Of a stretch of 64,000 nucleotides of DNA, positions 25,325 through 35,990 are shown one piece after another (the stretch's first letter is position 1; every line of letters starts with the position of its first letter). Source of the stretch: Octopus sinensis (Eukaryota); NCBI RefSeq assembly GCF_006345805.1, contig NC_043017.1:18042001-18106000 (forward strand), given 5' to 3'. Below the pieces are notes generated by a model. The model had not been told where the DNA came from, did not search any database, and saw only the letters and a program-made list of their open reading frames with translations. A program made the position numbers and the translations under genes.

Positions 25325-28300
25325 CCCTTGTCATGACATCATGTGATGGCTCTAAATAAGTGTCACCATCATACAAGTAGTTCATTTCTAGTCTTCCATG
25401 AGGAAATAATGCTTTGTTTGTTAACAGGAAGTATACACAGCCATACAAAATCAGCCTCAACAAACTTATTCAAGCACAGAGAAGTAACTGTCAAAACAAT
25501 GATGATAGATTTTGACACAGTTTCTACTGATTCTACCCACAAGGCATTGTTCAGCTTGATATAGGCAGATGACACTCGCCCAAAATATCACACAATCAGG
25601 CTAAACCCGAGACCATGTGGATGCAAAGCAAACTTCTTAACCACACTGCCACATCTGTGCCTTCTGATTTATTAAGAAAATATAATATTGTCATGGAAAT
25701 ATTGTGTATGTATGGTATGTATCAGCAACCACACCTCCACCTTGCTCATCATTCACTACACATTCACCTCAACTTGAATCTCTAACCCTTTGTTATTTTC
25801 CTCTCACACTTTAATGAACATATCCTATTTCTTTACTACCCACAAGGGGCTAAACGTGGAGGGGACAAACAAGGACAGACTGACAGATTAAGTCGATTAT
25901 ATCAACCCCAGTGCATAACTGGTACTTAATTTATCGACCTCAAAAGGATGAAAGGCAAAGTTGACCTTGGCGGAATTTGAACTCAGAACGTAATGGCAGA
26001 CAAAATACCTATTTCTTTACTACCCACAAGGGGCTAAACACAGAGACAAACAAAGACAGACAGACGGATTAAGTCGATTATATCAACCCCAGTGCGTAAC
26101 TGGTACTTAATTTATTGACCTCAAAAGGATGAAAGGCAAAGTTGACCTTGGCGGAATTTGAACTCAGAACATAAAGACAGACGAAATACCGCTAAGCATT
26201 TCACCTGGCATGCTAATGTTTCTGCCAGTTCACCGCCTTCACTTTAATGAACATATCCACCTGTCCACATTTTCTCTTATACTCACCTTCTTGTATCTTG
26301 AAAGTACACTCTGACACCTCCTCACCATCTTTGTTTTCTTTTCACCTTCTCCCACACACCCTAATATAATGTGAAGTAGACATGTATTTCCTCTATAGCA
26401 AGGCACCTGTATCTGTCACTGTACCATACTTTAGCCTCTCAATACCTGGTATAAAGTCATTCCCTTCAAAACTACACCTGTACTCTGTCAAAAGGTCCTC
26501 GACAACAAGACCACCATTTGTAGCTCAGTGTAAAAAAACACATGGACACATGTAAGTGCATGAACAAACACTCATATCATCATCATTGTTTGATGCCTAC
26601 TTTTCCATGGTTGCATGAGTCAGACAATATTTGTTGAGGTTTCTTTTCTACAGTCAAAAACCTTTCTGTCACCAATCCTTACATTTTCTCTATGACCAGA
26701 CATGTTTTTCACAAAAGACTAGAAACAAACATTGTTTGTATGAGGTGATACCTGTTTACAATATTCACATGATGTCATGGCAATGCTACACACACACACG
26801 TTGGGCATCTTCAAACCTGGGACAAAAATAGAAGACACGTACCCAAGGCGTCACACAGAAGGACTGGACCTGAGACTACATGGTCAAGAATCGAGCTTCT
26901 TAACCATAAAGCCACAGATACATACATACTTTTCTTTCAAACATGTTATATTAAAAACATGTTTTATTTATGAAGAATTTTTATTGTTTTTTAGAATCTT
27001 TTACATTTATCCAAGGATCCACATGCCTATATACGTAGATTTACTGTTGCGAAAGCTCAATACAAATTATTACCTTCTCTTTTTCATGTTTAAGTAATGG
27101 TTCTCTAATCACATTCCTCTTTCCTTGGATATTCCTCAAAGTTTTCGCTAGCTTTTTCTTACTGGTTTTATCTTTCAAAGACTGTACCAAGTCTTGAATG
27201 TGGACTTTGCTAAGGGCTTCACAGAAAATAAACCACAAGAAAAGAAACTCATTAAAACAATGATAAAAATGAGAACACTTTTGATAAGTATTTATCAAAA
27301 CATTACTGATATTTAATTATAAACAATCAATTTGTTATTATACACTGATATACCGAATACCAGAGGCACCTGAAGAAGGATGGTTGGTACAGGAGCTGAA
27401 ATAGTGTAGAGGAAGATACTGGTTTGAATATATCAGTAAATAATAATAATTCCTCATCTCAGAAATTCATTAAAAAAAAAAAAATCATTCTTTTACTCAT
27501 GTATAACAGAAGGAAATCTGTTAAAAAATGGTGGTGTAAGTCAAGCATTACATCTTTTCCTACGATACAAATAAAATCATTCAAGACCCGATGGTGATGG
27601 TGGTGTTAAATATCTGCAGCAACAAAAGAGAAATGAGCTGAGCAGAGTCCACTGAATGTGTATAACTAAGTTGTGAAAGTTTGAATGAATGCTTGTGAGA
27701 TAAATAACTGGGTTTACCAGAGGTATTAACTTAAGTAACAAGAAAAGGAGATACTGGTAGACATATAGTGTACATGGGTGGCTCAAATAACAGAAGTTGA
27801 CTGCCATAAATAAAGCCTGCCATTGCTATCCCATTAGCCATCTGTCTTTTTGTCTGTCAGTTTATAATACTTTTTTTCATCTCCTTTTCATTTATCTGTC
27901 TACTTAACACTATTTTCATCTATCTACCCCTCGCCTTAATCCTTTATTCTTCATATTTTTGTCTGTCTATCAATCTATAAATCTTCTCTCTTGTTTATAT
28001 GTCTGCTTCTCATTTGTCCACCAGCCTATCTCAGTACCTATTAATCTCTCACTCTCAGCCCCACTTAACACATTTTTAAATCATTCTCTAGCAAACGTCC
28101 CTCTGAAATATCAAAATTCCTTTTGCCGTCCCTAACGATACTCAATCTTCTTCCATTTTATGAACTTTATTGGACTGATTTCTTGCCTATGACTATGGGA
28201 CTTTCTATATTCATTTGACTGGCTAGAAACAGCACAAAACATGCTATCCTAACGAGACGTCTGTGTTGGCTGGGTCATGCCCTCCGTCATCAACCAGGAG

Positions 28301-31300
28301 AATTCATCTATGAAGCAATTGCCCCAGCTCCCCTTCAGGATAGACGGAAACTGAAAGAAGCCCATCGTATATATATGTATATATGTGTGTGTATGTGTTT
28401 GTCCCCCTAGCATTGCTTGACAACCGATGCTGGTGTGTTTACATCCCCGTCACTTAGCGGTTCGGCAAAAGAGACCGATAGAATAAGTACTGGGCTTACA
28501 AAGAATAAGTTCCGGGGTCAATTTGCTCGACTAAAGGTGGTGCTCCAGCATGGCTGCAGTCAAATGACTGAAACAAGTAAAAGAGTAAAAAGTATAGGTT
28601 TACTTAATGAAGGCTGACCTGGAGCTAAACAATTAAGCCTGCTAAAAATAAAGAGTTAGACTGGGTAAATGCTTTCTAACATTTTAATTCTAAGTCAATT
28701 TTGCCTTTTAGTGACTCTTGTCAAGAACTAGTAACCTTACTGGAGAAGGGAGAACAATTCATGAAACAGCTGTTTCTCTTACAAAATAATTTTTAAAAAA
28801 AAGTAGGGATCAAAAATGGTTTCAAGGGCCAAAATTAAAGAACCAACATAAAACAAATCGGTCACCTACCATTTGCTGCTCCAAAGTTGAATTCTGAGAC
28901 ATTTTTGCCAACCACAGTCCTCTGGTTGTAGCGAGCCCTGAATGAGAATAATTTACACAAATTGGAAAACTGAATCTATAAAGTTTCTCTTCTATGAAAG
29001 ATTTGTATTGGTAGAATTGCCAGGTTGGTCCTCATCAAGCAGACCTTTTTGTTATATGGACACTTCTACCTTTCACAAGAGATGATACATATATTTGTAC
29101 TTTGGTTGGATGACGCTTCCACAAGATTTTGAGCTCTCATAAGGAGGCGAGTGTAAGTTCCATCCAACCGCCTCTCAAGCTTCTTTGATAACGTCCAAGA
29201 CCAGTCATCAAATGTATCCTTTCTTATTTAAGACAGTAATGTAATTTGACTGTTGTTTCTAGAAGTTAGAATAACCACATAGAAGGTCTTTCAATAAAAC
29301 AGTTATCTAATTATGCAAAATTAACAGTGTACCACAGGCCAAAGGCTAATACAGATAACAGAGAATATAACACCTAGAATAAATGTTCAATTTTTACAAT
29401 TCAATTAAATGAATACAGATGATGTTAACAAATCCAAAGATATATTTCAAATTCTTGCTTAAAACTGCTCCCTTCACTTACATGTCATATTCTTTTGTAA
29501 AACCATGAACATCACAATTTTCTATTGATACCATGTATAGTAATCATTCTGTGGAGGCGCAATGGCCCAGTGGTTAGGGCAGCGGACTCGCGGTCATAGG
29601 ATCGCGGTTTCGATTCCCAGACCGGTCGTTGTGAGTGTTTATTGAACGAAAACACCTAAAGCTCCACGAGTCTCCAGCAGGGGATGGTGGTGATCCCTGC
29701 TGTACTCTTTCACCACAACTTTCTCTCACTCTTACTTCCTGTTTCTGTTGTACCTGTATTTCAAAGGGCCGGCCTTGTCACTCTCTGCGTCACGCTGAAT
29801 ATCCCCGAGAACTATGTTAAGGGTACACGTGTCTGTGGAGTGCTCAGCCACTTACACGTTAATTTCACGAGCAGGCTGTTCCGTTGATTCGGATCAACCG
29901 GAACCCTCGTAGTCGTAACCGACGGAGTGCTTCCAACAAAAAAAGTAATCATTCCATATTTCCCACATTGTTCAGTAACAACTATGTAGTGATTTTAGCC
30001 GTTCAAGTTTGTCCTAAAATTAATTCCATTTTGTACAATTATTCTATCATAGCTTGCTTTAGATTTTAATTTTAAATCATGCTTTTTAACTCACCCTAAA
30101 ATTAATTCTATTTTGTTCTATCACAAATGTATTTAGCTAACACAGCAATGAAACACAAAATCTCTCAAAGGAAATTAATATAAATACTTACTTTTTGTTG
30201 TTAAGAGCAAGAACTGAGTCTATGAGTCTTTTCCTTGTTCTGTCATCATCCACACCCTACAAGACAAAAATAAAAGAAAAATGATAAAACTACTGAAAAA
30301 CCAGAGAATACATTATTTTTCGTTTTTACTGATGGTTTAATTTACCCTCTTCTTTTCGGTGGGTGAGTCCCCAAACATTATAATCTCCATACATTATCGG
30401 GGTACTAGTAGCGTACACTGGACCCGGTTTGCGCACATGCGCGTCTGCGCTAGCCTGACGTAGGCAGTCGATCCTACGAGCTGACTGGCGCATGCACAAT
30501 ATATACTTGTATATATCGCATGCACGATATATACAAGTATATATCGTGCATGCACCAGTCAGCTCGTAGGATCGACTGCCTACGTCAGGCTAGCGCGGAC
30601 GCGCGTGTGCGTAAACCGTGTCCAGTCTACGCTACTAGTACCCATTATCAGATGTGGTAGCTACAAAATATTCAGGCCAGGAAGCACACAGCACTCCAAC
30701 ATTCTAAGAGTATTTTGATATTTTTATAATCATACACAATATTCCACATGAATTACAATAATTTCCTAAACACAATATTCCCACATTCCTATAACAAGAG
30801 ATGATACAGGTGGTAATTTCCCATATATTTGTACGTATGTCAGTTGGTACCATTTCTGGTAAGAGCTTTGAAATAAAACCTAGAAGTTCCAGACACCCAG
30901 CTGAACACTTAACAGACACTGACTTTGCTGACGACATCGCTCTTATCAGTGATTCTCTCCGACTTATCAGCTCCTGTTAACCCTTTCAATACCAACCCGG
31001 CTAAAACTGCCTCTGGCTCTGTAGTATAAATGTCTTGTTTTCATAAGTTTTGAATTAAAATCTTCCACCAAACCTTAGTCACAATTTATGTTCCTTACAT
31101 CAGCTTAACCCTTTTGATACTAACTCTGGCTCTGTAGTACAAATGTCTTGTTTTTATAAGTATTGAATTAAAATCTTCCACCAAACCTTAATCACAATTT
31201 ATGTTCCTAACACTAGTTTAATGATAACTAAGTTCTTTTACTAATTCTTTGTTATATTTAAAATTAATTGAATGAAACATAGAGCATCTCAAAATAAATA

Positions 31301-32225
31301 CGGTAACGAAAGGGTTAATGATCACTAAGTTATTTTACTAAATTCTTTATTAATTCAAAATTAATTAAAAGAAATACAGAGCATCTCAAAATAAATACGG
31401 TAATGAAAGGGTTAAACCATCTAACCCACTCCTGTATGAAAAACAGATATTAAATAATGATCATGATGATGATCTTATGTAATAAGAGACATCAATAATA
31501 GAATCAGTATGTAATGTAAAATGGTAAAGCTGGAATACTGTGTCATAACAATGTTGGAATATTGTGGACAGGGAGATGTGCTCTAGAGGAATCTGGAGCT
31601 GCAAGGTATGCCTCCCCAACTGGTTGGGCTGATGGCAGTCGAAAATTTTGTGTACTGACTCTAGTCTTGGCTTTAACAGAATTAACGGATCTTTTCCTTC
31701 TGAACGGCAGTTTTTAACACAATTTCTAGTTAACTCGACACTTTTAAACTTCGTATACTGGTAGAATGTGTCAAAATAAAACAATTTTTTCCCTTGGCTT
31801 TCTAGAGAAAATTGTAATTTGTAAGTTTAACGTAGTTTAATTTTTCGAATTTTAACCAATCCTATCGCCTCTATTGATCTGAAATCATTTGCTGCGTCTA
31901 AAACTGAGACAACATCCTGTCACTAACCCTAAGCCAAGAGAAAAAAAATGTTTTATTTTGACATATTCTACCAGTATACGAAGTTTAAAAGTGTTTAGTT
32001 AACTAGAAATTGTGTTGAAAACTGCCGTTCAAAAGGAAAAGATCCAAATTAACTTCTCATCTGTGCGATCTAAGTCCCCACCCATTTGTTTCTTTTGCCA
32101 TATTGACCATGGTAAACAACTGTAATGAAAAACTTGTATTGAATAAACTTACTCACCTGAACATCTTCACTGTCACTTATCTCTGCTTCTTTCAAATCAT
32201 CCTCGTTAGCTGCTAATAAATCCAT
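10966..32225 (-). CDS. UTP14: U3 snoRNA-associated protein 14 homolog (SSU processome), complete CDS, 13 coding exons, 643 aa
   Basis: complement(join(32225-32157,30256-30192,28937-28870,27216-27074,24989-24912,23262-23185,20817-20695,17659-17565,15685-15562,15293-15216,13874-13231,12968-12866,11229-10966)) = 1932 nt in frame, all GT-AG. Utp14 motifs: ERISLKH, KIKSKRYRRVLK, LTLPGWGSWAG, LPFPY...IAAPIGKDWN...GTIIRPI. Confidence 0.94.
11907..12126. mobile_element. piggyBac-like MITE
   Basis: TTAA|ctctttag...ctaaaggg|TTAA. Confidence 0.7.
12375..12586. mobile_element. piggyBac-like MITE (second family)
   Basis: TTAA|ccctttc...gaaaggg|TTAA; same family as 30981-31411. Confidence 0.8.
12866..12968 (-). 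CDS. UTP14: UTP14 coding exon 12
   Basis: ctcag|CMKKTPPPPEPQKDDPLGHVIIDETRDTAISKYQ|gtaagt. Confidence 0.92.
13231..13874 (-). CDS. UTP14: UTP14 coding exon 11 (large acidic exon)
   Basis: tttag|TQQRISDMVKKNRELTKKL...AFANDDVIEEFKEEK...LTLPGWGSWAG...RKRK|gtaagt. Confidence 0.95.
14367..14583 (+). mobile_element. SINE family B
   Basis: Same consensus as 3772-4000. Confidence 0.85.
15216..15293 (-). CDS. UTP14: UTP14 coding exon 10
   Basis: ttcag|ERISLKHRGGSKFQKRQMMYAKYDPN|gtgagt. Confidence 0.93.
15562..15685 (-). CDS. UTP14: UTP14 coding exon 9
   Basis: tgtag|YRRVLKRDKLEKEK...EKSHAK|gtaagt. Confidence 0.92.
15883..16936 (+). mobile_element. Deleted Helitron retaining the C-terminal PIF1-like helicase fragment
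   Basis: A|TC at 15883; helicase remnant AMSINKVQRQSL..VGLNLAEPIFSHGQLYVGRSRV (~16110-16310); degenerate hairpin 16910-16924 then CTAG|T; SINE inserted at ~15962-16105. Confidence 0.8.
17565..17659 (-). CDS. UTP14: UTP14 coding exon 8
   Basis: ttcag|AQIRRSELMKYRALLSYQEIKQRWKNKIKSK(R)|gtatgt. Confidence 0.93.
18735..19115 (-). mobile_element. Short retroelement family C with ~4 tandem units
   Basis: Same consensus; gccagcct..ctggc...gtgccggtggcac.taaaaagcacc units. Confidence 0.85.
19370..20010 (-). mobile_element. Degenerate Tc1/mariner (maT/DD37D-like) transposon fragment
   Basis: VKSWLEKVAPGRPSVWQQD..PCH..KSLKWLLENF..NSPNCNPMN with stops; TA|CAGAGTG terminus at 19370. Confidence 0.75.
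20170..20405 (+). mobile_element. Helentron-associated (HINE/DINE-like) fragment
   Basis: (ACAT/ACAA)n followed by terminal hairpin cctctgcctt-cgct-aaggtggagg (20376-20399). Confidence 0.5.
20695..20817 (-). CDS. UTP14: UTP14 coding exon 7
   Basis: cacag|PQNSLEIEVYKLLHG...LSKVEQRALKAMDLKK|gtaaaa. Confidence 0.92.
21945..22920. repeat. Compound alternating purine-pyrimidine minisatellite ((AC)n / ACATATGCATAT units)
   Basis: ~24-30-nt variable units; the RY alternation excludes stop codons, which explains the stacked pseudo-ORFs. Confidence 0.95.
23185..23262 (-). CDS. UTP14: UTP14 coding exon 6
   Basis: tgcag|KDVLQFPEKNERVEVLDKTSMQKYFK|gtaaaa (NAGNAG acceptor). Confidence 0.87.
24172..24493 (-). 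repeat. Intronic ~320-bp segment, copy 1 (contains an H/ACA-snoRNA-like module at ~24203-24350)
   Basis: High identity to 27502-27821; both copies are in UTP14 introns in the same orientation. Confidence 0.9.
24912..24989 (-). CDS. UTP14: UTP14 coding exon 5
   Basis: cacag|IDRATAFTKTCEELSMWDNVVWDNRK|gtatgt. Confidence 0.9.
25826..26238 (-). mobile_element. SINE family B, tandem dimer
   Basis: Two consecutive near-identical ~185-bp bodies sharing one head. Confidence 0.85.
27074..27216 (-). CDS. UTP14: UTP14 coding exon 4
   Basis: LSKVHIQDLVQSLKDK...REPLLKHEKEK|gtaata; acceptor is 27216 or 27209. Confidence 0.85.
27502..27821 (-). repeat. Intronic ~320-bp segment, copy 2
   Basis: High identity to 24172-24493. 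Confidence 0.9.
28870..28937 (-). CDS. UTP14: UTP14 coding exon 3
   Basis: ttcag|ARYNQRTVVGKNVSEFNFGAAN|gtaggt; an alternative donor at 28866 is possible. Confidence 0.82.
29020..29200 (-). mobile_element. RTE-X-like LINE fragment
   Basis: KKLERRLDGTYTRLLMRAQN.SW..HPTK.QIY. Confidence 0.65.
29551..29937 (+). mobile_element. tRNA-derived SINE family A, full length
   Basis: ggaggcgcaatggcccagtggttagggcagcgg...gtttcgattccc; near-identical copy at 42910-43290. Confidence 0.88.
30192..30256 (-). CDS. UTP14: UTP14 coding exon 2
   Basis: tgtag|GVDDDRTRKRLIDSVLALNNK(K)|gtaagt. Confidence 0.85.
30400..30642. mobile_element. Palindromic MITE (Merlin-like)
   Basis: Almost fully self-complementary; termini GG(G)TAC/GTACC; flanks CATTATCG / CATTATCA (8 bp, 1 mismatch). 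Confidence 0.85.
30880..30960 (+). mobile_element. LINE reverse-transcriptase catalytic-motif fragment
   Basis: RHPAEHLTDTDFADDIALISDSL. Confidence 0.65.
30981..31411. mobile_element. piggyBac-like MITE with a second copy (31109-31314) nested in its internal TTAA
   Basis: TTAA at 30977-80, 31105-08, 31315-18 and 31412-15; CCCTTT/AAAGGG ends. Confidence 0.85.
31687..32045. mobile_element. GGATC-family MITE (Merlin-like), ~113-bp TIRs
   Basis: ggatcttttcc...ggaaaagatcc; flanks GAATTAAC / AAATTAAC. Confidence 0.88.
32157..32225 (-). CDS. UTP14: UTP14 coding exon 1
   Basis: caccATG; MDLLAANEDDLKEAEISDSEDVQ|gtgagt. An acceptor just upstream implies a non-coding first exon that I did not locate. 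Confidence 0.8.
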
Positions 32226-32355
32226 GGTGTTCACCTCAATACTGTGTAGCTAAGTACAAAGTCAGTATAAAATCCACACTAAAACTGTATGGTAGGGTCA
32301 GCTACAATAATAAACAAAGTTTATTACATATACAAGCTTGCAAGAAAATTCATTT

Positions 32356-34283
32356 GGTTAATATAGGGCGTAACAAATATCAGAAAATCAAAAAAAAAAT
32401 GTGTGTAATAGGTGTAAAACAACTTCCTATGAACGAATATGAAAAAAAAAATTCGCGCACGCGAAAGGGGGTGGGGGAGAGGCCTCGGAAAATTCACATC
32501 GGGAAGTTCCGAAAGCGTCTGAGGAGCTGACCCGGGCACCAAAACAAAAACAAAATAGTGTAATATGTATAAAACAACTTGCTCTAAACGAATATGACAA
32601 AAAAAAATGCGCTCTCGCGAAAGAGGGGTGGGGAGAGGCCTCGGAATATTTATATCGGGAATTTCCGAAAGCGTCTGAACCGGGCACAAAAACAAAAACA
32701 AAAACAGCGTAATAGGTGTAAAACAACTTGCTCTAAACGACTATCATGAAAAAAATGCGCGCTCGCGAAAGGGGGGTGGGGGAGAGGCTTCGGAAATTTC
32801 ACATCTTCAGTCCACGGCCTTTAAACTAAGAAAAAATAGTGTAATTGGTGTAAAACTACTTGTTCTAAACGAGTATCAAGAACACACACTCACACATGAA
32901 TCATAAACTCCGTATTTCGCAAAAAAAAAAAATAAAGAGAAGAAATTCTGGAAAAAGTGAAGAAATGTTGGATCTCATTCCTTGGTTAAAGCTATTTTAA
33001 ACATTAAATTTATGCTTTTCTTTGAAATAGTTCAGATATATGCAATTCTTTTCACTTATTAAGATGCATTTATCAGAAAAAAAGAGACAGAAAAAATTAT
33101 TATTTTGTGTCAATCCTTCCCTAATTATCCTTTATTAATTAGTTTTGGCGTGTATTTTTTTCCCAAATTTATTTTTTCACCTTTACAACACTGTTTAGTA
33201 AAGCAATTAATTATCTTTATAATTTGCATATTTGACTTATTAATCAAAATTCTCTAGATGTAATATATACTAAGTAATGCATCCTTCATTTATGTGTTCC
33301 GTTCTGTATTATGCATGCGTGACTGTTTGTATGTAAGTGTGTTTAACTGTGCACATGAATGTGAATATTAAAGAACATATTTATTTACTATGATTGTTAT
33401 TTTCAGAACAAATAAATCTTTTGGCTGTTATGTTATTGATGTTATTATTATTGCTAGTTAAAGGGTGGTGACTTGGCTGAATATTTTGAGTCTTGTAGTA
33501 TGTAGTTGTGTTAGTCAATATTCTGAGTTCAAATCCAACTCATTTCTTTATCATCATTATCGATGGACCACTCAAAGAGGTATGTATACATTATCATTTT
33601 CGTAACATAATTTCTGTAGTATTTCAAGATGTTTCTGACACGTATTTTGATTCACATGGCGGAGATCCAACATTTCTTCACTTTTTCCAGAATTTCTTCT
33701 CTTTATTTTTTTTTTTGCGAAATACGGAGTTTATGATTCATGTGTGAGTGTGTGTTCTTGATACTCGTTTAGAACAAGTAGTTTTACACCAATTACACTA
33801 TTTTTTCTTAGTTTAAAGGCCGTGGACTGAAGATGTGAAATTTCCGAAGCCTCTCCCCCCCCCCCTTTCGCGAGCGCGCATTTTTTTCATGATAGTCGTT
33901 TAGAGCAAGTTGTTTTACACCTATTACGCTGTTTTTGTTTTTGTTTTGTGTGCCCGGTTCAGACGCTTTCGGAAATTCCCGATATAAATATTCCGAGGCC
34001 TCTCCCCCACCCCTCTTTCGCGAGAGCGCATTTTTTTTGTCATATTCGTTTAGAGCAAGTTGTTTTATACATATTACACTATTTTGTTTTTGTTTTGGTG
34101 CCCGGGTCAGCTCCTCAGACGCTTTCGGAACTTCCCGATGTGAATTTTCCGAGGCCTCTCCCCCACCCCCCTTTCGCTGTCGCGCGAATTTTTTTTTTCA
34201 TATTCGTTCATAGGAAGTTGTTTTACACCTATTACACACATTTTTTTTTTGATTTTCTGATATTTGTACGCCCTATATTAACC
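32356..34283. mobile_element. Non-autonomous long-TIR DNA element (Merlin-like): ~621-bp TIRs with internal ~120-bp subrepeats, 685-bp spacer
   Basis: Arms 32356-32976 and 33662-34283 are near-perfect inverted copies; termini GGTTA/TAACC; perfect 8-bp TSD ATTCATTT (32348-32355, 34284-34291). Confidence 0.9.
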
Positions 34284-34286
34284 ATT

Positions 34287-34336
<50 letters not shown>

Positions 34337-34568
34337 AGAGTTTACGAAAAAAACAAAAAACTAAGACAGGTGGTGTACAAAACAAAGAGATGTATTAGTA
34401 TAACGCTCAAGAATAGAAAAAGTCTTTTATTTTATAAATATATATATATATAATTAATTAATAAGGGTGAGAGAATTAGATACTAATTTAATAGCATATC
34501 TATTCAACACCAAGTTTCTAGTGCTAGAATGAGCCACATAGTGACCATTCTCTTATATGTATTATTAT

Positions 34569-34600
<32 letters not shown>

Positions 34601-35990
34601 CATACATATACATTTATATATATTACAGGGATAGCTCAACTTACATAATTTGAGTTACGTCTTTTTTGACTCTGCATTATTTTTTAAAGAAATTAATGGA
34701 AAAAATAAACCTAAACTTCAGTTGATTTATCTGACTTATATGAAATTTTTTTAAAAAACACTTAAAAACTACAACTGAAGTGGAAAATCTAATAAAATAC
34801 ACATGGAAATATGTACAAATAATTTATTAGAACAGATAAGAGGTAATAATTTTTTTTAGTATGTACATAATTATATTGTTTATACTTGTACACGATTTTT
34901 GGGACTGATAGTTCCAGCATTTCACTGCAATATATATATATATGTATTTATATTGTATAGAGGGCATTATTACACATAAATGCCACACGCTAAGAGGGAC
35001 ATAAGTCATTACTACCAAAATTTAACGAATCATATATATATATATTGCTCGCGTCAAAATCTCTGACCCTTTCAATGAGATACGATATATCCGGCGGAAT
35101 TGCAAACCATTTCTGCTTATTATACAGTCAAAAACATTTCGTAACTATGAGGACTAGGGTTCGACTCTACTGTACGGTGACTTGGGCAAACTTCTTTCTT
35201 CAAACACATATTAAATCCACTTTCATATACGATTATGATAAAACTACTTGTAAAAAAAAATTAAAGCCATTCATAATACTGAAAGCGAGAAATATACACA
35301 GACAGGTCGATAAAGAATTATATTGCCTTACAACAACCTCTCACTATGTCAAAGACTACAAGATTCAGTAAATGCTTATATAAAAATAATAAATAATATT
35401 AATGTAATATAAAAAAAAGGAAAAATAATCGAAACAAAATCCCTGAACTTGCCTCCGGTCCTGGATGTTTAAGCACTCCACGTGTTTGATGCTTCAGTTT
35501 CTGACTGTCGTAAACATTTCCTAATACGTTTTGGATTAAACCAAAGACAAATGTTAGCTTTAATAATGTTATTACTGCTTATCATTCATTTACTTTTCAT
35601 GTATATGGATATTAATTACTAAATAGGTAATCTATATTAAAGATTGAGCTAATATTATTACGACACAAATCGCGGCATTGTTTCGATTTCCTTTATGATA
35701 TTTCTTGTAATAACAAGAAAAGAGGGTTCGAATCCCACTGCTGTCTGTATTTTATTGTGTTGTGTTCTTCGTTTACTTCAGTTGGTAAATTTTTACTATT
35801 ACACCCGTCGGGTGAGATGGGTATAATAGCAGAGGGTTTTCGTATTTATTTACTGAATGTAGAAAATCAGTCCCCGACCTCCGCCTATATATATATTTTA
35901 ATCAATTTAGGGTAGCAAAAAATTCAATAGAGATTATTTTGCCACCAGCGGTCTAGTGAGAAAGAGGAAATAGTCAGAGACTATGAATAA

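Noticed and set aside
27337-27410. Second hammerhead (CUGAAGA...GAAA with tacactg/tagtgta stem)
   Set aside because: Stems I and II do not pair well and the U16.1-H17 site is absent. At best a decayed relic.
29551-29625. tRNA gene (also 770-844 and 42910-42980)
   Set aside because: These are heads of multi-copy SINEs continuing into a shared body. There is no complete cloverleaf or Pol III terminator.
32440-32810. CRISPR-like regularly spaced repeats
   Set aside because: These are tandem subrepeats of a TIR without unique spacers, in a eukaryotic context with no cas genes.
32324-34334. Mirror-image ~100-128-aa ORFs on opposite strands
   Set aside because: They are translations of the TIR subrepeats, with no transposase motifs.
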